Source of the DNA: Octopus sinensis
Taxonomy: Eukaryota
Direction of reading: 5' to 3'
DNA: 64,000 nucleotides
Assembly (NCBI RefSeq): GCF_006345805.1
Contig: NC_043001.1
Location: 33,294,001 to 33,358,000, forward strand
Part shown: piece after piece, positions 52,144 to 64,000 of the stretch
Layout of the letters: each line of letters begins with the position of its first letter
Position numbering within the stretch: position 1 is the first letter of the stretch
The notes under the pieces: generated by a model
What the model saw: the letters and a program-made list of their open reading frames with translations, nothing else
What the model was told of the DNA's origin: nothing
Databases searched by the model: none
Position numbers and translations under genes: made by a program

Positions 52144-52914
52144 GCACACACACTAATCAATGATGAAATCTCTTGATTTGCTGGAAATAACAGCATAAAA
52201 CAATCCCTAAAACTCGTCTTGTTGTCCTTAAAAATGATATGAATATATAGACCCACTTCATCAGGGACTGCAAGACAACCGACCAATAGCGAAGCATTGA
52301 AGTGGTTCCATGACATGCTCTCAAACCAAATAAGTTTCGATAAAATAAAACATCGGTTAAGTTTCTGGGATCGCCTTTTATAATGCATTCTGTATACTTG
52401 TTACTCTCTCTCTCTCTTTTACTTGTTTCAGCAGTTTGACTGTGGCCATGCTGGAGCACCGCCTTTAGTCGAGCTCATCGAGCCCAGGACTTATTCTTTG
52501 TAAGCCTAGTACTTATTCTATCGGACTCTTTTGCCGAACCGCTATGTTTGAGGGACGTAAACACACCATATCGGTTGTCAAGCGATGTTGGGGGGGGACC
52601 CAAACACATAAACACACACACACACACACACACATACATATATATATAGATATATATACGGCGGGCTTCTTTCAGTTTCCGTCTGTCAAATCCACTCATA
52701 AGGCTTTGGTCAGCCCGAGGCTATAGTAGAAGACACTTGCCCAAGGTGCCACGCAGTGGGAATGAACCCGGAGCCATGAGGTTGGTAAGCAAGCTAATTA
52801 CCACACAGCCACTCCTGCGGGTTTTATATAGAAGGCGGTGTAACGACAAACAACGACATTAGCATCAAACAATAAACAACAACAATAAACAAACAACTCA
52901 GCAAAAACAGGAAC

Positions 52915-52958
<44 letters not shown>

Positions 52959-53124
52959 CAGCAGCAGCAGCAGTTGCTTAGCATCAGGTCGAGCCAAAAA
53001 GAAAAAAAAACGAGGAGATTAATGTTCCAAAGCATTCCTGCTGTGACCTATCATCTATTTTTTTCCCTGCATCTTCATGACATTATCCAATGCGTCTCTT
53101 AAAAAAGTAAATAAATAAATAAAT

Positions 53125-53130
53125 AATATC

Positions 53131-53167
<37 letters not shown>

Positions 53168-53494
53168 TAAAATAATAATAATAAGACCATACTAATAATA
53201 ATATAATGATAATACTAATAATAATAATACAATAACAATAATAATAATAATAATAATACTAATAATAAATAATAATAATGATATAATCAATAATAATAAT
53301 AACAATACTAATAATAATATATAATAATAATGATAATATATAATAATACAATAATAATAATAATAATAATATAATAATAATATAATAATAATATAATAAT
53401 AATGACATGACAATAATAATAATAAAATATATAATAATAATAATAATAATAATATAATAATAATAATGACAATGACAATAATAATGATAATAAA

Positions 53495-53542
<48 letters not shown>

Positions 53543-53615
53543 TATAATAATAATAATAATAAAATAATGATAATACAATAATAATAATAATTATAATAAT
53601 AATAATGATAATAAA

Positions 53616-53677
<62 letters not shown>

Positions 53678-53944
53678 CAATGACAATAATAATGATAATA
53701 AAAATAATAATAATAATAAAATAATAATAATAATAAATAATAATAATAATAATAAATAATAACAATAATAATAATAATTATAATAATAATAATAATAATA
53801 ATAATGATAATAAAAATAATAATAAAATTATCAATAATAATAATGATGAATAAAAATAATAATATAATAATATAATAAATAATAATATAATATAATAATA
53901 ATAATAATATGACAATGACAATAATAATGATAATAAAAATAATA

Positions 53945-53979
<35 letters not shown>

Positions 53980-54015
53980 TAATAATAATAATAATAATAA
54001 CAATAATATAATAAT

Positions 54016-54062
<47 letters not shown>
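53125..54062. repeat. About 940-bp degenerate (AAT)n array with higher-order periodicity
   Basis: The marker GACAATGACAATAATAATGATAATAAAAAT recurs at about 53467, 53675 and 53910. Confidence 0.85.
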
Positions 54063-54063
<1 letters not shown>

Positions 54064-55233
54064 GACAGAAGGGGTGTGATGTGAGAGTTTCGGCTGTTAT
54101 TTCTAGCTGGCTGATCGACCACTTTGTGGGTCCTTCATTGAGCCAGGCAGCAGCAGCAGTTGAAACCAAATCTGTGACAACACTCCCTTTAAAAACCTTG
54201 ACAACTTTCTTTCTTTCTATATCAAGTTATGTATTCTCCCACACAACTGATTCTCGAAGAACGCAGCCTCAATGTCCTAAATTCTGATGTTTATATGCTA
54301 TTGTGTTAACACATTTTTTTTCCCCTCGAAGGGTAGGGAGGTGTTTGTCTGCTTTTTTTCTTTTGTTCTTTTGTTGTTATTTTTTTTGCTGTTGATAATG
54401 TTTTTATTTAGGCTTCCATTGTTTTTATTTTTTTTTTTTCCCCATTTATACTTGTTTTTCGATTTATTTTGTTTTTAAGTACGTCTCTCTTTTACTCTTT
54501 TACTAGTTTCAGTCATTTGACTGCGGCCATGCTGGAGCACCGCCTTTAGTCGAGCAACTCGACCCCGGGACTTATTCTTTGTAACCCCAGTACTTATTCT
54601 ATCGGTCTCTTTTTGCCGAACCGCTAAGTTACGGGGACATAAACACACCAGCATCGGTTGTCAAGCGATGTTGGGGGGTAGGGACAAACACAGACACACA
54701 AACATACACGCACACACATATATATATATACATATATACGACGGACTTCTTTCAGTTTCATCTACCAAATCCACTCACAAGGCTTTGGTCGGCCCGAGGC
54801 TATAGTAGAAGACACTTGCCCAAGGTGCCACGCAGTGGGACTGAACCCGGAACCATGTGGTTGGTAAACAAGCTACTTACCACACATCCACCTCTTTCCA
54901 AAACCTAACATAAAAAATGGGAATGGCGAACCGGTGAGATTTCACTTTGTGTCCCAGCTATGCGAAGAAAAACTTATATAAAAGAGACTATTATCATTAT
55001 ACTCTTTACTCTTTTACTTGTTTCAAGTCATTTGACTGCGGCCATGCTGGAGCACCACCTTTTAGTCGAGCAAATTGACCCCAGGACTTATTCTTTGTAA
55101 GCCCAGTACTTATTCTATCGGTCCCTTTCGCCGAACCGCTAAGTGACGGGGACGTAAACACACCAGCATCGGTTGTCAGCAATGCTAGGGGGACAAACAC
55201 AGACACACAAACACATACACACACACACATATA

Positions 55234-55285
<52 letters not shown>

Positions 55286-56520
55286 CATATATACGACAGG
55301 CTTCTTTCAGTTTCCGTCTACCAAATCCACTCACAAGGCATCGATGGCACAATCGGTTAGCGCGCCGTACTTATAGACAGTACCTTCCTTGTGTTTCAAT
55401 CCACTCACAAGGCATTGGTCGGCCCGGGGCTATAGCAGAAGACACTTGCCCAAGATGCCACTGCAGTGGGACTGAACCCGGAACCATGTGGTTGGTTAGC
55501 AAGCTACTTACCACACAGCCACTCCTGCGCCTGTTATGTTATTTATTTACGCATTTTATCCTTATTTGATTTAATTCAATTTAATTTAATCCGGAGAAAT
55601 GTGTCAGCCGACCGAACAAATTAATTGCCAGCGGATACGACGTAATTCACTGTCTATTTTGACGATTACTTATATATTTATTTGTGTTACGTTTATTCTT
55701 TATATATTTTCTTGTTCCTAATTAGTAATACAAAGCTTTTATGTTCATGTTATTGTTTAGACCAAGATCGGCCTTGAATGAGCAGCGCTATGAACAGCTA
55801 CGGCCTATAGCATCTTTTAATAGTTTGTATTGTACGTATATTTTAATGGTAACACAAAAGATTATTCGAAGTAATTATATATTTCTTTACTACCCACAAG
55901 GGGCTAAACACAGAGGGGACAAACAAGGACAGACAAAGCCATTAAGTCGATTCCATCGACCCCAGTGCGTAACTGGTACTTAATTTATCGACCCCGAAAG
56001 GATGAAAGGCAAAGTCGACCTTGGCGGAATTTGAACTCAGAACGTAACGGCAGACGAAATACGGCTACGCGTTTCGCCCGGCGTGCTAACGTTTCTGCCA
56101 GCTCGTCGCCTTCTAATTCGAAGTAATTATAGTCTTAGATATTATCTTTATTAAAAGCGACAGAATATGGATTTGAGAGAAATTTGACTTATTTCTAGCA
56201 CATCAGGCGACCACATTAGAGTTCTCATGTTGGCTCTTGTCAACTATCAAAACAGACTTATGAACACGCAGTCAATATTACCGATTGTTGATCAAAGTGT
56301 TCGGATTAAAGACTTATAATCAAAGATCCCTCACCTGGTCAAAACGTTCATCACAGACATTTAATTAAAAGCGTTCCTACAGACTTTTCCTGAAAGTCTA
56401 TATTATCAACTATGTCCTTCTACGATGATAAAGTGTAGTCTGGGTGGATTTAACTGTTATTTCGATAGAGTTGAGTGACCATATGCATACACTTCTATAC
56501 ATATATATATAGATATATAC

Positions 56521-56581
<61 letters not shown>

Positions 56582-57338
56582 ATATATATATAACACACAC
56601 ACACACACATTGGGCTTCTTTCAGTTTCTGTTTACCAAATCCACTGACAAGGCTTTGGTCGGCCTAAAGTACCATGATGTGGGACTGAACTGGGAATCCA
56701 TGTAGTTAGGACTCGAACCTCTTACTACATAATTACGCTCAGAAAATTTCATTACAAAATGTATTGAACAAAATCTCTCGTGAGGAACGAATGATTCTAA
56801 TTTTTCTTTCCTTTTTTTTTTTTTTTTCACATTTTTCCCCCCAACTAATTATAATCTATGCCATCTAGAATGTGCCTCAGGAAAATTTCATTAAAAAAAT
56901 ATGCGTTTTTAAGAATGTCAAGTGGAAATAAACTCAGAAGTAGGGAAATTATCGGAAACTTCTCCCCCCAAAAAAATGGATCGTTTAAACTTTTTCTGAC
57001 TAAATCGTAAATTACACCATTTACGATATATCTGTGAACTTAGTTGTAAAATAGGGATTTTATAGAAGTTAGGAAGAAAAAAAAGTTGGTGAGGAGCACG
57101 TTTCTGTAGTTATTCCTCCTAATACTTATTTTCGACTCCTATACGAGTAGAACTCGAAGTGTGAAGACGTCAACGCGACTCAAACTGCGCGAAGTATGTG
57201 TGTCCGTCAGTTTACGAATTCTGCCAATAAATATCATAGTAAACAACAGTTGAAATATTCAAAATAAACATAGGTCTCTTAGCTAAAAAAGACTGGTAAA
57301 CCAATATTGCGAAGCAGAACAAAATAACTGTTACTCAC

Positions 57339-57461
57339 CGGCCTGTAATGGTATTATCCTCTTCTTTAACTCTCACTTATTTAACAGAGACAAACATATG
57401 TATACATATATATATATTATATATATGTATATATACAAACGCAAAACAATCAGTGACGTAA
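57339..57461 (-). promoter_or_regulatory. Candidate non-coding first exon and promoter of a minus-strand transcript (possibly gene 2)
   Basis: Strong donor CCG|GTGAGT at 57338, an upstream TA-rich tract and a TGACGTAA CRE-like site at 57454-61. Gene 2's coding exon 1 has an acceptor, so an upstream exon is implied, but the link to this site is unproven. Confidence 0.2.
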
Positions 57462-57941
57462 GAAATTTACAACAGCGCAGATGTTTTTGGCGTCTTTTTT
57501 TTTTTTATATTTTCATTGTATTTCTTTTTAGCATCAATTTATCTACCAATAGAATTACAGAAGACTGATACGTAACTAAGTGGGTACGGACGGCATTGTT
57601 GCGCAAACAGGATGAAACGGCACTTTTTTTTCATAACATACATACATACATACATACATACATACATACATACATACATACATACGTACATACATACATA
57701 CATACATACATTCTTTTATTCTTTTACTTGTTTCAGGCATTTGACTGCGGCCATGCTGGAGCACCGCCTTTAGTCGAACAAATCGACCCCAGGACTTATT
57801 CTTTGTAAGCCTGGTACTTATTCTATCCGTTTCTTTTGCCGAACCGCTAAGTTACGGTGACGTAAACACACCAGCATCGGTTGTCAAGCGATGGTGAAGG
57901 GAAAACACAGACACGTACATATATACACACATAGATATATA

Positions 57942-58009
<68 letters not shown>

Positions 58010-58064
58010 GACGGGCTTCTTCAAGTTTCCATCTACCAAATCCACTCACAAGGCTTTGGTCGGC

Positions 58065-59507
58065 TTTTTAGCAATTGCCATTTGGTGCATGAGAGAGTTC
58101 GAAGCAGCCGCCCTCATCTGCACCTTCTGCCGTGAAGTTGGTTCATCTGGGACATCTGACAGGAAGAGATCCAGTTTTATTTTAAAGACATCTGCATCCA
58201 CCCCATGCAGGTCCCTCAGGTTCTTCGGGAGGATATTGAAGAGATGTGGGCCTCTGAAGCCCAGGCTATCACAGTATCTTGTCCTACATCTTGATGGCAA
58301 ATTTGGAGTCCTTGGCACTATGCAGTGGCGCCCAGTTCTAGCATTTGTGTAACTCTCAATGCCAAAGTTTGGGACAAGTCCTTCTAGGATCTTCCATATG
58401 TATATTATGGCATATCTTTCTCGCCTACTTTCTAAGGAATAGAGTCTTAATCTCTTGAGTCTTTCCCAGTAGCTTATATGCTGCACAGAGGCTATCTTCT
58501 TCGTGTAGCTTCATTGGATCGCCTCAAGTTCTGTGATTAACTTGACACTGGATGGTGACCATAGCTGAAAGCAATAGTCAAAGTGGCTTAGGATAAGTAT
58601 CCTCCAGAGGACCATCATGGTTTCCTAGTCTTTTGTTCTAAAGGTTCTAAGAATCCATCCGGTCAGCCGCCAACATTTCATTGCCAATTTAGCAACATGC
58701 ACATGAAAGGTTGCATCATCACTCATGTAAATACCCAGGTCTCGCACTGATTGTGCCTCTGGGATTGCAATCCCTCCAGGTCCCGTGTATTTATTGGGTA
58801 TTGCATTTAATTTTGCATGCTGATAGCATAAAGCTTGAAACTTTTCAGCATTGAACTGCATGCTATTCTTTTCAGCCCACTTGTATATTTTGTCCAGCTC
58901 ACATTGCAGGTACATAGTGTCTTCAGGGTTCTGTATTGCCTGTGAAACTTTTGTATCATCTGCATAACTTGTGATCGTGGCTCTCTGCGTAGCTGAGGGC
59001 ATGTCTGAGAGGGCCAATATGAACAGTAGTGGTCCCAAAACAGTGCCTTGCGGAACACTGCTCACTATTTGCGTGTTATTGGAGGTGTTATTGGCTACTA
59101 CCACCTGACTTCTATCCTTCAGAAAGTCATGAAGCCATTCTCCCAATTTTCCAACTATGCCAAGATCACGCAGTTTGTGACATATCATTCCATGATCGAC
59201 TTTATCAAAGGCCTTTGCAAAGTCGAGATATATCACTTCTACATTTGAGTGGCTGAGCAGTCGTTTCAGCACTCAGTCATAGTGTTCTAGGAGCTGAGTT
59301 AGGCAGCTTTTTCCTGGTCGGAAACCATGTTGGGTGTCAGGCAGCAAGTCATTTTCTTCAAAGAAGGTGATTAGTTTCCTTCTGACTATTCGTTCCATGA
59401 CCTTGCTGATGTGTGAGGTCAGAGAGATAGGTCTGTAGTTCTTGGCCTCCGCTCTGCTACCTCCTTTATGAATAGGGCATATTTTACCTTCCTTCGGTTT
59501 TCTTGGA

Positions 59508-59509
<2 letters not shown>
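58065..59509 (-). mobile_element. 5'-truncated CR1-clade LINE (RT and 3' region) with two in-frame stops
   Basis: NYRPISLTS, QHGFRPGKSCLTQL, YLDFAKAFDKVDH, PQGTVLGPLLF and YADDTK motifs. Confidence 0.92.
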
Positions 59510-59555
<46 letters not shown>

Positions 59556-60354
59556 ATATACTCTTTTACTCTTTTACTTGTTTCAGTCATTTGACTGCGG
59601 CCATGCTGGAGCACCGCCTTTAGTCGAGCAAATCGACCCCAGGACTGATTCTTTGTAAACCTAGTACTTATTCTATTGGTCTCTTTTGTCGAACCGCTAA
59701 GTTACGGGGACGTAAACACACCAGCATCGATTGTCAAGCGATGCTGGGGGACAAACACAGACACACAAACACACACACACATATATATATATACATATTC
59801 ATATATACGACGGGCTTCTTTCAGTTTCCGTCTACCAAATCCACTCACAAGGCTTTGGTCGGCCCGAGGCTATAGCACACTTGTCGAAGGTGCCACGCAG
59901 TGGGACTGAACCCGGAACCATGTGGTTGGTAAGCAAGCTACTTACCACACAGCCACTCCTATATATATATATATATATATATAGTGTGTGTGTGTGCGTG
60001 TGTGAATTATTTCACTTGAATTATTATATGTTTACGGAGACAGATGGGCATCAACAGCTAGCAAGCCATGCTACTCCAGAATGATGACGAGCAATGACTC
60101 AGAAACTAGTCTCTCAATGCTGAGTGGAGGAGATGCTTATCTCCCTCTTTGTAAACATAGGGACACAGGAAATGTGTCAAGGCCGACAGGAAGTGGTGGT
60201 TCCTAGGGTTAAATAGCAGTAGTATTATTCCCTTCATGGGATTGTCACGTTAAGTTGACAACATACCACCACTTTATCGTATTACTACTGTATAAAGGTC
60301 TCTGAGAGATTTTGAAATGTACTATATATATATATATATATATATAATACATTT

Positions 60355-60677
60355 CAAAATCTCTTAATTTTGCATGCTGATAGCATAAAGCTTGAAACTT
60401 TTCAGCATTGAACTGCATGCTATTCTTTTCAGCCCACTTGTATATTTTGTCCAGCTCACATTGCAAGTACATAGTGTCTTCAGGGTTCTGTATTGCCTGT
60501 GAAACTTTTGTATCATCTGCATAACTTGTGATCATGGCTCTCTGCGTAGCTGAGGGCATGTCTGAGAGGGCCATTATGAACAGTAGTGGTCCCAAAACAG
60601 TGCCTTGCGGAACACCGCTCATTATTTGCGTGTTATTGGAGGTGTTATTGGCTACTACCACCTGACTCCTATCCTTC

Positions 60678-60681
<4 letters not shown>
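60355..60681 (-). mobile_element. Internal fragment of the same CR1 family, nearly identical to 58800-59120
   Basis: GVPQGTVLGPLLF..YADDTK with only a few substitutions, flanked by (TA)n. Confidence 0.88.
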
Positions 60682-60711
<30 letters not shown>

Positions 60712-61926
60712 CCTTTTGGTTGTTTCAGTCATTTGACTGCGGCCATGCTGGGGCACCGACATGAAGGGCTTTAGTCGAACAAATCGACCCCAGGTCGTAT
60801 ATTTTCTGAAGGCTAGTACTTATTCTATCGGTGTCTTGTCAAGCAATGGTGGGGGAACAAATATGCTGTGAGACTGAAATCGGACCCATGTGGTTAGCAA
60901 GCAAGCGTCTTATCACACAGTCATACCTACAGTCATCCATCCATGCATATATACCATACATACATACGTGCGCGCACACACACACACGTATATGTGGGCA
61001 TGTGTGGGCATATGTGTATGTATGTATATAATCTGTATGTGTGTGTGTCTATGTATATATACATACATGCATAGATATACGTATCCATATATATATATAT
61101 ATATATAATTATATATATATCACTGTTTCTATTTCTCTCTCTCTCTCTTCCTCTTTTTATATCCTTTTTCTCTCTTTTTCTCTCCCATCCTTTCACTAAT
61201 TCTTTTCCTCCTCCTCCTCACCGTTCTCTGTCTATGCCTCTCTCTCCCTCATTCTTCCTCCTTGACTCTCTCGTTACTCACACGTGACCACCGGCCATCT
61301 TTCTTTTCCTAACTCGAATTTCTTTCTTCTCGTTCAGCTACAGGGATAGAACGCAATTTTTGTCTGTCTCCTGTCAAAGCTTGTTTCTCCAGAGTTCCCC
61401 ACTTCATCTCGTTATGGCTTAACAGCCCTTGCCGTTTTATTTCACTGTCCTGTTTTTGTTACCAACTTTGACCCTCCGCAAATCCCAAATTTTATTTAAT
61501 TTGCTTTGCGGGAGCAACTGTTTTGACGAAGACGCATCCTGTTCTAATGCTCGAAATGCGGATTAGATAAAACAGCGGATGGAGGGATTGTTCTTTATGT
61601 TGCCTGTCTTGATTTTCTATTCGTTTCTTTCGTTGTTCGCCAAAAACGTTCGTTTTCCATGTTTTCGTATTTCATGTTCTCATTTTTCATGTTGTTTACG
61701 CTTTTTGACATCATTGACCCATAAATTCATGTGTATGTACATATATATGTATGTATGTATATATGCATATTTTATATTATATATATGTATATATATATAT
61801 ATATATATATTGGCCTGCTTGCTTAGCCAGCGGGATAGCGTCATTGAAGGCTAAAACAATGCGAATCGCATTGTGACCAGCGATGTGTAGCAACATCTGA
61901 TAGCCTGGTCGGTCACGGTGATCACG

Positions 61927-61998
<72 letters not shown>

Positions 61999-62281
61999 CA
62001 TGTGTATAACCATACGCTAGAAAAAGATCACATACGATCTAACTAGAAAGAAAAAATGTTCTCCAGAAAAAATTCAGCGAACACAGAACATAAGCGGGCA
62101 AGACAGATGAAAATTATATAAAAATCAAGATATACTCATGTATTGAAATTTTTTCTGATTTTTCAGATTTTTAGATGCTAGGCTACTGGTTTTAAATTGA
62201 TATTAATTAAATTAATATTCAATTTATCTCCCTCATTATATATATATATATTATTGTTAATTCTTTATATATATATATATA

Positions 62282-62318
<37 letters not shown>

Positions 62319-62667
62319 ATATATATATATATAATATATATATTATAATATATGTTAAACTCGATGAAGAATTATTTTTAATGAGGACCAATCCGTTTTA
62401 AGAGAATACTGTTGGAGTTCTTTAAAGATGTAAGGCTACGTTCTTGCTAAATATGAAGATAGGTAATCAATTTCTTATTCTTAATATACTTTAAAGTCTT
62501 AAAATAATTTGAAAAATAAAGAGAAACGGGAGTGTTGGAATGTAAATTATTCATAAAATTACAACTGTTCATACGTGCTAAACCGGAGTGGCCGGAATAA
62601 ACTCACATGTCTAAATATTGGGCCGGCAGAATGACAGTGATGAAGAAGTTGTATCAACAGCTGCTGT

Positions 62668-62715
62668 GATGTACTTATGATGTACTTATGATGTACTTAT
62701 GATGGACTTATGATA
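62668..62715 (+). repeat. 11-bp minisatellite (GATGTACTTAT) x4
   Basis: Direct reading. Confidence 0.8.
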
Positions 62716-63474
62716 TTCTAAATATCGTTATGTTAGCACTTCAGAATATACAATGTTTTTGTTTTAATGATTGTAGCATAATTAGAGATTATAGAGTTTT
62801 TTTGATTTTTGGACACGCTACATAACATTGACAATTAGCAAAGCTAATTTCCTCAAGATCGTGGAGGCACAGGGCCTGGTGCTTAGAACAGCGGACACGC
62901 GGTCGAGGGATCGCGGGTTCGAATCTCAGACCGGGCGATGTGTGTGTTTATGAGCGAAACACCTAAGCTCCACGCGGCTCCGGCAGAAGGTAATGGCGAA
63001 CTTCTGCTAACTCTTTCGCTACGACTTTCTCTCATTCTTTTCTCCTGCATCTTGCAGCTCACCTGCGACGGACCGGTGTCCCGTTCAGGTGGGGAACCTA
63101 TACGCCAAGGAAACCGGGAAACCGGCCCTTATGAGCCAGGCGTGGCTCGAGAAGGAACAAACTTCCTCAAGATGCACTCTAACAACTATTCTTTTATTGT
63201 TTTACTTTCAGTCATTTTGACTGCGACCATGCTGGAGCACTGCTTTAAAGGGTTTTTAGTCGAAGCAATTGACCCCACTACTTTGTAAGCCTCGTACTTA
63301 TTCTATCCGTCTCTTTTGCCGAACCACTAGGTAACGTGGACGTAAACACACCAGCATTGGTTGCCAGGCGATGGTGGTGGGGCGACAAACACAGACAAAA
63401 GATACACACACATAAATATACATACATACATACATACATACATACATACATACATACATACATACATACATACA

Positions 63475-63508
<34 letters not shown>

Positions 63509-64000
63509 CGACGTGTTTCTCTCAGTTTCTGTCTACCAAATCTATTTACATGGCTTTGGTCGGCCCGAGGCAATAGTAGAAGACACTTGCCCATGGTTCC
63601 ACTGAGTGGGACTGAACCCAGAACCATGTGATTGGGAAGTGAGATTTTTACTATAGAGCCTATCAATAAAACCTTGAGATTTATTGATTGTCATGGAAAG
63701 GTTTGGACGTTCTGGAAACTAAAGATATCAAAACGAAAGGTATCATCTTTTGGTTTGAGTGGCATATTTGTTTTTATTAGTTTCAAGTTTTAGCACAAGG
63801 CCAGCAATTTCCTGGGTTGGGGTAATAAGTCAATTATATTGACCCTGTGTTCAAAAGGCGGTGAGCTGGCAGAAACGTTAGCGCGCTGGGCGAAATGTTT
63901 AGCGATATTTCGTCTGTCGTTATGTTCTGAGTTCAAATTCCGCCGAGATCGACTTTGCCTTTCATCCTTTCGGGGTCGATAAATAAAGTACCAGTTTTGC

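Overview
AT-rich, microsatellite-dense eukaryotic genomic DNA. The SINE families and repeat landscape suggest Octopus or another coleoid cephalopod; this is an inference and no search was run. Most ORF-track entries are microsatellite or SINE artefacts. The real genes are two convergent, paralogous, secreted three-domain Kunitz (BPTI-fold) genes that I reconstructed by hand from splice sites. Gene 1 is on the + strand: coding exons 7095-7185, 12169-12379 and a terminal exon present in three tandem copies (13610-13892, 16197-16482, 18688-18973), about 195 aa. Gene 2 is on the - strand: 40723-40660, 36847-36637, 32094-31809, 186 aa. Both have an atypically spaced domain 1, a domain 2 lacking the CysII-CysIV (14-38) disulfide as in conkunitzin-S1, and a canonical domain 3. 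The main finding is the ~2.57 kb triplication in gene 1. It creates three complete candidate terminal exons, each with its own acceptor and poly(A) signal. Copies b and c differ at 7 nt, all non-synonymous and all in the domain-3 reactive loop (P1 Glu vs Arg). This suggests an alternative-last-exon specificity switch analogous to insect serpin-1, though an assembly artefact is not excluded. The rest of the window is mobile DNA: TAA-targeted R4/Dong-like retrotransposons, CR1 and RTE fragments, Penelope-like (GIY-YIG) remnants with hammerhead-ribozyme motifs, pogo and mariner transposons, non-autonomous Helitrons, three SINE families, and several fold-back palindromes next to (TA)n tracts.
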